64,000 bases of DNA from the NCBI GenBank assembly GCA_964373715.1, contig CAYJVR010000004.1, positions 25,255-89,254 on the forward strand, given 5' to 3'. Origin of the DNA: an uncultured Planctomycetia bacterium (lineage in GTDB: Bacteria; Omnitrophota; Gorgyraeia; 1-14-0-20-64-10). Made by a program: the position numbers and the translations under genes. Shown piece after piece: positions 57,012-64,000 of the stretch (within the stretch, counting starts at the first letter, position 1; each line of letters opens with the position of its first letter). The notes beneath the pieces are model-generated. The model searched no databases. It was given only the letters and a program-made list of their open reading frames with translations, and was not told the DNA's origin.

Positions 57012-57986
57012 TTAAACGGCGAAACCTAAATCCTGGAGCATCCGCACATCATTCGCCGGCTGCCGACCGGATGTCGTGAGGTACCCGCCGATGATCAGAG
57101 AATTGGCGCCCGCCAAAAAGGCCAGCGACTGGAAATCCCGCAGATTGACCTCCCGGCCTCCGCCCAACTCTAGTTTCGATTTTGGAAGAATAAAACGGAA
57201 TACGGCAATCGTCTTGATCACCTCAAGAGGATCGGGCGGTGTGGTGCCCGCGAGAGGCGTCCCTGGCCGCGGGTTAAGGACGTTGATCGGGGCGCACTCC
57301 ACCTCGAACTCGGCCAGCTCGAAAGCAAGCCGGATACGTTCTTCGCGGGACTCCCCAAGCCCGAGTATCCCGCCGCTGCAGATCTCCAGCCCCTGTTTCT
57401 TGAGCTGTTTGAGCGTGTTCAGCCGGTCCTGGTAGGTGTGAGTGGTGCAGATGTTCGGGAAATTCGATTCGGCGGTCTCGAGGTTATGGTTGTAGCGGGT
57501 CATGCCGGCCGCCTTCAACTGCGAGAGCTGTTCGTCGGTGACGAACCCGAGCGAGCACTCCGGGACCAGACCCGTCTCCTCCTTCACGCGCCGCACCGCT
57601 TCGCAGAGGACCGGCAGGTCCTTGTCGGAGAGGCCACGGGTCGCAGTGACGATGCAGAACCTCTTGGCGCCGAACTCCTTGGCCTGCTTGGCCCGGGCGA
57701 CAATCTGGTCCGGGTCCATCAGCGGGTAGGTGGTAACGCCGGTATTGTGGTGGCCCGACTGGGAGCAGAAGCCGCAGTTTTCGGCGCACTGCCCCGATTT
57801 CGCGTTGACGAGCGCGCAGAGGTCCACGTCGTTGCCTGTGAACTTCTCCCGGATGCGGGTCGCGTGGGAAGCGAGCTCCAAGACTTCAGGCCAGGTGTCG
57901 AACTCGATGAATCTCTTGGCCTCTTCAAAGGTGATTTCCCCGCCTTCTAAAACACGATCCGCCGCCTGTTTGATCTCGCTGGACAT
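57012..57986 (-). CDS. bioB: biotin synthase
   Basis: CAENCGFCSQS radical-SAM motif. The start is taken at MSSEIKQ with AAGGAG 6 nt upstream. The listed ORF extends to 58043. Confidence 0.9.
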   Translation of the reverse strand: MSSEIKQAADRVLEGGEITFEEAKRFIEFDTWPEVLELASHATRIREKFTGNDVDLCALVNAKSGQCAENCGFCSQSGHHNTGVTTYPLMDPDQIVARAKQAKEFGAKRFCIVTATRGLSDKDLPVLCEAVRRVKEETGLVPECSLGFVTDEQLSQLKAAGMTRYNHNLETAESNFPNICTTHTYQDRLNTLKQLKKQGLEICSGGILGLGESREERIRLAFELAEFEVECAPINVLNPRPGTPLAGTTPPDPLEVIKTIAVFRFILPKSKLELGGGREVNLRDFQSLAFLAGANSLIIGGYLTTSGRQPANDVRMLQDLGFAV

Positions 57987-58037
57987 GCGATTCTCCTTAA
58001 GGTTTACCCACTCTTTTATCAGGCCGGCGGGGTGAAA

Positions 58038-58067
58038 TGTCAACCGATTTCATCGATTAGGTTGACC
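58038..58067. promoter_or_regulatory. BirA-type operator (TGTCAACC-N14-GGTTGACC) upstream of bioB
   Basis: 7-bp perfect inverted arms with a 14-nt spacer, about 50 nt upstream of the bioB start. Matches the TGTnAACC-N14-GGTTnACA bioO architecture. Confidence 0.5.
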
Positions 58068-58069
58068 AT

Positions 58070-58165
58070 GGAAAATCGTTGACGGGTTAGCGAGTTTTCC
58101 AGTTTGCGAGTTGGTGGGTTTAACAGGCAAACAGACTAACCGACTAACTGGCAAACGATTTACCG
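58070..58165. repeat. dispersed intergenic repeat, copy C (inverted relative to copy B; overlaps stop of 58160..59584)
   Basis: The reverse complement reads tcgtttgccagttagtcggttagtctgtttgcctgttaaacccaccaactcgcaaactgg...cgctaacccgtcaacgattttcc, aligning block-by-block with copy B. Confidence 0.5.
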
Positions 58166-59584
58166 CAGCATCCAAACAGCAATGAGGCCACCGCGGCGGG
58201 AGACATTGACGACCGATTCCCCGGAGGAGCGCCCCAGCACCGCCAGCCCGTCCCGGGAGGCGGCAAAACCGGTGACCGCGTAGAACGGCGTGAGGCGTAT
58301 CTCTCCATCCCGAGAAACCACGGGGAATAGCTCGGACCGGACCGGGACCGCCAGCTGAATCACATACGTGAACGGCTTTTTGAATGCCTTGCCGAGCCCC
58401 TGTTCCCAGTTGGTCTGGGAAACCTGGTGCCCGAAAATCACCCCCTGCCCCCCGTACTCCCGGTTCGGCTTTAAAACGAGCGTCTGGCGGTTCTTCCGGC
58501 AGAAAACCGCGAGATCCACGGTCCTTCCTTTCGGGTCGGTCGTTTTGCGCGCCCACAAAAGGCGTGTCCACAAAACATGGGACCTGAACAGGCGCCGTTG
58601 TTTCAGCGAAAAACGGGAAGCAAAAACAGGGCTGGTTAAAAGTTCCCATGCCGATTTATGGTCGAATTCACCGGCGATCGAAGAAACAACCTGGTTCCGT
58701 ATGAAGGCCTCCCGGACGGCTTGAAATGCCTCGGAGTTTTTCCGGAGATGGCCCATCGCCAGCATCTCGGTGATCTCGGTGTCCCGGTAAAGAATATCCA
58801 CCGGCAAGCCCTTCACGGTGATCTCCCCGCGGCGGATCCGAATCTCGGAGGGATCGGCGGTCAGCGCCGACACTCCAAACCGCTTGAAATAAGGGATGAG
58901 CGAACGGAATTCATCGGTGCCGCCCGGCTCGGACTGGTCTTCGATGAAAGCGAGCCTTTTGAACCGGCGGCCGATCGCCTTTGCGTGCCGGCTGAAAACC
59001 CCGAATAGAATCCTCCGGATGTCATCCGGAGGAACAAACTTTAGATGCGGCACCTTCTTCTTCAGAAACGGGAGGACCCACTCCCCGGTCAGATGGTAAG
59101 CCGCCGGTATGTAGTGAACTCCTCCTATTCCGACCGAATTCGGCTCCAAAAACCAGAAATTCGTTTTCCAGTCGGGCACCGCGAAGGTGGCTGTGGCGTC
59201 GAGCCGGTCCATCACAGCCTGCGGTTTCTGAATACGTTTTCTGTTGGCCGCCATGAGCCACTCGTGCTCTTCCGGATCGAGCGGGACAATCTGGCGGACC
59301 TTGGGGTCGGCCAGATACATCGGCATCACCTGGCAGAGGGCGCTTTTAAGCAGCAGGCAAGCCTTATGAAAGAAAGCCCTCTGCCCTTTGTCTACAAGCC
59401 AGGGGCGCAACTGGACGTCAATCAGACGGACCTCCCCTTTCTCGTTGTGCATCGTCATCCCATGCTTCACGAAAACGGGGTATTTCCGGGAGAGAAGGGC
59501 CTTTACCTCCTGGCGGGACATGGAGAGAAAGGCGGCGTTGATCTGCTCCATGGCCTTCTCTGGTGTGACATTCATGGCCGACAT
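58160..59584 (-). CDS. hypothetical 474-aa protein (possibly circularly-permuted ATP-grasp / glutathionylspermidine-synthetase-like; weak)
   Basis: Long ORF with coding-like composition and no motif I can assign confidently. It is the first gene of the long minus-strand array and is divergent from tldD. Confidence 0.45.
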   Translation of the reverse strand: MSAMNVTPEKAMEQINAAFLSMSRQEVKALLSRKYPVFVKHGMTMHNEKGEVRLIDVQLRPWLVDKGQRAFFHKACLLLKSALCQVMPMYLADPKVRQIVPLDPEEHEWLMAANRKRIQKPQAVMDRLDATATFAVPDWKTNFWFLEPNSVGIGGVHYIPAAYHLTGEWVLPFLKKKVPHLKFVPPDDIRRILFGVFSRHAKAIGRRFKRLAFIEDQSEPGGTDEFRSLIPYFKRFGVSALTADPSEIRIRRGEITVKGLPVDILYRDTEITEMLAMGHLRKNSEAFQAVREAFIRNQVVSSIAGEFDHKSAWELLTSPVFASRFSLKQRRLFRSHVLWTRLLWARKTTDPKGRTVDLAVFCRKNRQTLVLKPNREYGGQGVIFGHQVSQTNWEQGLGKAFKKPFTYVIQLAVPVRSELFPVVSRDGEIRLTPFYAVTGFAASRDGLAVLGRSSGESVVNVSRRGGLIAVWMLR

Positions 59585-59794
59585 TATATCAAACCAGCAT
59601 ATTTCTCAATCAACAGCTGGGCACGGGTCCTGCCACCTTTGGGCCCCTCCGCCGTCCGTCCTCGTCCGCTATAAAAGCGTGGCGGACTCCGGGCGCGGCG
59701 GCGAAGGCCTACCCACCGGTGTCACCCGTGCCCCCTCCGTCGCTATGTACTAGGTTGACAGGGAGAGGGAAAAGACTTAGCTTAAAGCCTTCCC

Positions 59795-61249
59795 ATGAGA
59801 AAGAGCCTTCGGGACCTCCTGGAGCAAACCGTCAAGCTCCTCAAGCGCCGCGGGGTGGACTACGCCGACCTGCGGTGGGTGGAACAGCTCCACGAAGAGG
59901 TGGTCGTGCAGAACATGCACCTTCAGCATGTCAGCACCTCCTCGTCGGAGGGGGTCTCCATTCGGGTTCTTTACAAGGGATTCTGGGGATACGCCTCCTC
60001 CAGCCGGGTGGACGCGCAGGGTTTGAAAAACACCGCGGAGCAGGCGATCGAGATGGCCAAAGCGATCGCGATCGGCTCCCACGCGAAAGTCTCGCTGCGC
60101 CCGATTGAATCGGTTCGGGCCTCCTATAAATCCCCTCTCGAGGTGGACCCCTTCCAGGTAGAATTGCAGAAGAAAATCGACTACCTGATGTGGGCAAACC
60201 ACGTCCTCAAAGACCACGACAACATCAAAACCGCCACCTCGACCCTCGAATTTTTCCAGACAAAGAAGCTATTCTGCTCGACCGAAGGATCCCTGATCGA
60301 ACAACAGATTACCGAATCAGGCGGATTCCTGGAATCCACCGCCATTCTGAACGGGGAGGTGCAGAAACGCTCTTACCCAAGCGCGAATTCCCCGTCGCTC
60401 GGGCAGGCCGGCTACGAGTACGTCAAGGCACTGGACTTTGTAGGCCAAGCGGCCCGCCTGAGGCGAGAAGCGGTCAGCCTTTTAAGAGCCAAAGAATGCC
60501 CCGCCGGCGCAACGACGGTCATCCTGATGCCGGACCAACTGATCCTTCAGCTTCATGAATCCTGCGGGCATCCCGCCGAATTGGACCGGGCAATGGGAAT
60601 GGAGTTGTCATTCGCGGGAGGGTCGTTCCTCACACCGGACCTTCTGGGCTCCTACCGGTACGGCTCGAAACTGGTCAACGTCACCGCAGACGCCGCCTTG
60701 CCTCTGGGCTGCGGCTCCTTCGCCTATGACGACGAAGGGGTGCAGGCCCAGAGGGTTCCGATCATCCGTGAAGGGATCTTCGTCGGCTACTTGAGTTCCC
60801 GCGAAACCGCGGCCCGGATCAACCGGACCTCCACCGGCGCCATGCGGGCCGAGGGGTGGAATTCCGTGCCAATCGTCCGGATGACCAATGTGAACCTTGA
60901 ACCGGGCATCGGCACCCTGCAGGACCTGATCCGGGACACCAAAAAAGGGATCCTGCTGGCAACCAACAAGAGCTGGTCCATCGACGACCGGCGCCTGAAT
61001 TTCCAGTTCGGCACGGAGATCGGATGGGAGATCGCCAACGGACGGGTCGGCCAAGTCCTCAAGAGCCCTGTCTACACCGGGATCACCCCGGAATTCTGGG
61101 GGTCGTGCAGCGGCATCGCCGGCAAGTGGGAATGGCAGCTTTACGGCGTGCCCAACTGCGGCAAGGGGGAACCAATCCAGGTCATGCATGTTGGGCACGG
61201 CGCTTCTCCGGCCCGGTTCGAAAAAATCCAGGTGGGACATTCCCGGTGA
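59795..61249 (+). CDS. tldD: TldD-family metallopeptidase
   Basis: 484 aa. HESCGHPAELD (TldD HExxxH zinc motif) and a Gly-rich C-terminal region. Confidence 0.85.
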   Translation: MRKSLRDLLEQTVKLLKRRGVDYADLRWVEQLHEEVVVQNMHLQHVSTSSSEGVSIRVLYKGFWGYASSSRVDAQGLKNTAEQAIEMAKAIAIGSHAKVSLRPIESVRASYKSPLEVDPFQVELQKKIDYLMWANHVLKDHDNIKTATSTLEFFQTKKLFCSTEGSLIEQQITESGGFLESTAILNGEVQKRSYPSANSPSLGQAGYEYVKALDFVGQAARLRREAVSLLRAKECPAGATTVILMPDQLILQLHESCGHPAELDRAMGMELSFAGGSFLTPDLLGSYRYGSKLVNVTADAALPLGCGSFAYDDEGVQAQRVPIIREGIFVGYLSSRETAARINRTSTGAMRAEGWNSVPIVRMTNVNLEPGIGTLQDLIRDTKKGILLATNKSWSIDDRRLNFQFGTEIGWEIANGRVGQVLKSPVYTGITPEFWGSCSGIAGKWEWQLYGVPNCGKGEPIQVMHVGHGASPARFEKIQVGHSR

Positions 61250-61255
61250 TAAGCC

Positions 61256-62611
61256 ATGCTGCTCGGTGAATCCAGGATCTTAACAGCCCTGCAAAAAGCG
61301 GCCAAGTCTTCCGCGGCCGATAACACCCTGATCGCCGCCCAGCGCAGCAGCCGGAAAACACTCCGTTTCTCGGGTGGGCAAATCCATCAGAATTTCCAAG
61401 AGGAAGAGATCACGGTCTGGGTTAAGGTGGCCTGCGGCGGGCGGCTGGGAGTTTCCAGCACCTGTTCTCTCCGCCACGAAGCGATCCTCCAAGCGGTACG
61501 GTCCGCCATGACGATCGCTCAAGCTTCTTCGAAAGGGCCAATTCCCTCTTTCCATACAGGACAAACGCAGGGGCCGGCCGCCGTGCCCGAAACCCACTTC
61601 GCTTCGACGGCCCACTTCACCCTCACCCAAGCAGTCGATCTGATCCGCTCGCTGGATGCCTGGTTCTTGAAGAAAACGGTCGGGCTGGCCGGCTCCTTTG
61701 TGTTCGGAGAAGATGAAATGGCCGTCGCCGGCTCGAAAGGCCTCGCACAATACCGGCCGTTCACGATCGCCGGCCTGCGCCTGGTCCCGACCAGCGGAAA
61801 ATCATCCGGGTTCGCTTCTCAGACTGTCCGGAACTTAAGTCTGCTCAACACGGAGGTTCTGGCGGAACGAGCGTGGGAATTCTGCCGGCTCAACAAAAAC
61901 CCCCGTTCGATTCCGACCGGGAAATATGACGTCCTGCTGGAGCCGGAAGCGGTCGCAGAATTGCTGGAATGGCTCAGCTACATCGGCTTCGGGGCCAAAC
62001 AGATGACGGAAAGGACCAGCTTCATGGCCGGCCGCATGGGAGAAAAAATCATGAGTCGGTCCGTCGCTATCGCGGACGACGGCCTTGACCCGGACGGGCT
62101 GGTGGTCCCGTTCGACTACGAAGGAACGCCAAAACAGCGGGTCATCCTGATTGACAACGGAACCGCTTCAAACATCGTCTACGACAGCCATTACGGAAAA
62201 CTCCAGAAGAAACCCTCGACCGGGCACGCCCTCGCCTATGATGAAGCCGAAGGACCGACCGCCTGCAACCTCTTCATGGCGCCCGGGCAAACCCCTTACA
62301 AAGAGCTGCTCGGCCGCATGGGCCGGGGCCTATGGATATCCCGTTTCCATTACGTCAGCGGCCTTCTCAAAACGCACGAAGCCCTGATGACTGGCCTGAC
62401 CCGCGATGGAACTTTCCTGATCAAAAACGGGAGGGTATCAGCGGCAGTGAAAAATCTCCGGTTCACCCAATCGGTGCTGGAGGCCTTCTCCCGGATCGCG
62501 GCGGTTTCACGGGAGCGCCGGATGATCGCCGATCCGGGTCACGGGCTTTCGGCGGTCGTGGCCCCCGCACTGTTGATCAAGGGCTTCTCCTTCACGGGAC
62601 AAACGAAGTAA
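61256..62611 (+). CDS. pmbA: TldE/PmbA-family peptidase partner
   Basis: 451 aa. TldD/PmbA fold without a canonical HExxxH. Lies 7 nt after tldD, as in tldD/tldE pairs. Confidence 0.8.
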   Translation: MLLGESRILTALQKAAKSSAADNTLIAAQRSSRKTLRFSGGQIHQNFQEEEITVWVKVACGGRLGVSSTCSLRHEAILQAVRSAMTIAQASSKGPIPSFHTGQTQGPAAVPETHFASTAHFTLTQAVDLIRSLDAWFLKKTVGLAGSFVFGEDEMAVAGSKGLAQYRPFTIAGLRLVPTSGKSSGFASQTVRNLSLLNTEVLAERAWEFCRLNKNPRSIPTGKYDVLLEPEAVAELLEWLSYIGFGAKQMTERTSFMAGRMGEKIMSRSVAIADDGLDPDGLVVPFDYEGTPKQRVILIDNGTASNIVYDSHYGKLQKKPSTGHALAYDEAEGPTACNLFMAPGQTPYKELLGRMGRGLWISRFHYVSGLLKTHEALMTGLTRDGTFLIKNGRVSAAVKNLRFTQSVLEAFSRIAAVSRERRMIADPGHGLSAVVAPALLIKGFSFTGQTK

Positions 62612-62694
62612 CCCTTCCCATTCTCTTTTTAGTATAATCGGTGCTTGGGTTATTAACTCCGAAATCGAAGGCAAAAGGAGGCGTTTACCTCTTC

Positions 62695-64000
62695 ATGAAG
62701 AAGCGGTTGTGGCAAACACACGCACTCGGCATCCTCCTGCTGGGTAACGTAATGGCTTATTTTGCCTGGGCTGATACCTCGGAATTTGTCACTTATTACC
62801 CAACTGCCACAAGCACCACTTTTGACCGGGCGCATGCCAACCGGATGACGATCGGAACCCCTTACCAGCCGTCCACTGTTCCGACCACCCTCGTTCCGGA
62901 CGGAACTCTCCTCGTATCCGGAAAAATAGGCCTCGGAACCACCGCTCCGGCAACGGCAAAAATGGTCGTTGTCGGTTTCGTCACGGACGCCAACAACAAC
63001 AACATCGTCAGCCGGTTCGAAAGCGGCCAGACGAATTCCACCCTCCAGGTCGCCGGCACCACCGGATCCGCCTTCTTCGGAACGGACACCCAGGGAGATG
63101 TCTTCTTGGGCTCCTACACACCCGGACGCAATCTGCGGCTGCTTATTGCGGGAGGCCCAGAGCCGATGAGGATCACCGCCTCCGGCAACGTCGGCGTCGG
63201 AACGACGGGACCAAGTACAAATTTGCACGTTAAAGGAACAACGGACGTGGCGACGCTCCAAGCCTCCAATGTAGCTGGGGCTAAATTTCTTAGTTTTGAT
63301 TATGCCGATGGCGGCACGTCTGATTATGGTAATTTTCAAATACAACCAAGTACATTGGTCTTACAGGCAGGCAACTTTAACGGCAAGCTTCAGCTCACGC
63401 CGTACAATGGCGGCATTTACAACAGCAATTTAGGGCTAATTGTAAATCCCTCCGGCAACGTCGGCATTGGAACAGCATCCCCCTCCTACCCGTTGGCTGT
63501 ACGGTCGAGCAGCACAAATGCCGTCTATGGAAATACGTCGGCGTCCGGTGCCTACGGCGGCTACTTTGAAGGAAATACAAACGGAGTCCTGGGCAGCGCT
63601 TCCACCTACGGAGTGGTCGGCTACGCTTCCTCCTCCGGCGGCATCGCCTCCTACGCCTACAACACCGGCGCGGGCAGTTATGGAGGCCTTGGTTGGAGCA
63701 GTGTAGGCGTGTATGGACACGGTGCATCGAACTGGTCCGGCATTTTTGCTGGGGATTATTACGGCGCCTACGGCTACGGCTATTATTACGGCCTGTACGG
63801 CCAAAACGCCTACTATTGGACCCCCGCCGTCTTCGCTTACAATGGCGGCTCCGGTTATTGGGCTTACATCGGTTATGGATATTACGGCATGTACACAAAC
63901 GGCTATGTCACGGCAGCGGCGTTCACCTACTATTCCTCTCTCGACCGTAAAAAAGACATCTCCGTCCTCTCTCCGGCTGAGGAATTGTCAATGCTTCAAA
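62695..64000 (+). CDS. secreted tail-fibre-like repeat protein with Gly/Tyr-rich region and start of a peptidase S74 (intramolecular chaperone) type C-terminal domain; 3'-partial
   Basis: Signal peptide ...GNVMAYFAWA/DTSEFVTYYPTAT, paralogous to 6088..6963. Repeats SGKIGLGTTAPATAKM, SGNVGVGTTGPSTNLHV and SGNVGIGTASPSYPLAV. GY-rich segment. The end ...SSLDRKKDISVLSPAEEL resembles the SDxRxKxNI start of the S74 chaperone domain. The frame stays open to the window end. Confidence 0.65.
   Translation, partial: MKKRLWQTHALGILLLGNVMAYFAWADTSEFVTYYPTATSTTFDRAHANRMTIGTPYQPSTVPTTLVPDGTLLVSGKIGLGTTAPATAKMVVVGFVTDANNNNIVSRFESGQTNSTLQVAGTTGSAFFGTDTQGDVFLGSYTPGRNLRLLIAGGPEPMRITASGNVGVGTTGPSTNLHVKGTTDVATLQASNVAGAKFLSFDYADGGTSDYGNFQIQPSTLVLQAGNFNGKLQLTPYNGGIYNSNLGLIVNPSGNVGIGTASPSYPLAVRSSSTNAVYGNTSASGAYGGYFEGNTNGVLGSASTYGVVGYASSSGGIASYAYNTGAGSYGGLGWSSVGVYGHGASNWSGIFAGDYYGAYGYGYYYGLYGQNAYYWTPAVFAYNGGSGYWAYIGYGYYGMYTNGYVTAAAFTYYSSLDRKKDISVLSPAEELSMLQ

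Noticed and set aside
1-64000. CRISPR arrays, rRNA genes, integrases or transposases
   Set aside because: I saw no regularly spaced direct repeats, no rRNA-like conserved strings, and no ORF with DDE, tyrosine-recombinase or serine-recombinase motifs.

Overview
The window is a 64 kb stretch of a high-GC (about 60%) bacterial chromosome, probably from an uncultivated lineage; I cannot assign a taxon from sequence alone. Coding density is high and most genes lie on the minus strand. I found no rRNA, tRNA, CRISPR array or recognisable transposase. The core content is a roughly 25 kb co-directional minus-strand array running from about 59.6 kb down to 33.4 kb. That array contains a biotin operon (bioB, a FabG-like reductase, bioF, a 473-aa unknown protein and a BioD-BioA fusion), futalosine-route menaquinone genes (mqnA, two MqnC/MqnE-type radical-SAM enzymes, UbiX, a UbiA-type prenyltransferase, UbiD, UbiE and a polyprenyl synthase), heme genes (hemA, a CcsA/HemX-like protein and a SirC/CysG N-terminal domain), a cytochrome bc complex (Rieske protein with a twin-arginine signal, cytochrome b and a pentaheme cytochrome c), tatA/tatC, and then yqeY, dcd and a frameshifted ogg. 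A second minus-strand block holds two Ddl-like ATP-grasp ligases and kamA, followed by pabB, pabC, a HEAT-repeat protein, purH and folC. The most unusual region is 1..21146. It encodes three large proteins: a GH77-like 4-alpha-glucanotransferase (partial), a 1445-aa WD40 protein and a 2365-aa protein built around a GAF domain and a histidine-kinase core. All three share a homologous N-terminal leader of about 90 aa (a hydrophobic segment, then an ALRP/ALKP-type motif, then a GLEE motif) and, for the two complete proteins, a homologous C-terminal module of about 190 aa ending in ...RVTIxGEDYFAIFA. Their central domains are unrelated, which suggests a modular leader/C-terminal-domain bracketed protein family that has not been described. 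The window also contains two secreted tail-fibre-like paralogs with GIGTT(N)P repeats, two families of short structured or dispersed intergenic repeats, a MITE-like inverted-repeat composite and a BirA-type operator upstream of bioB.
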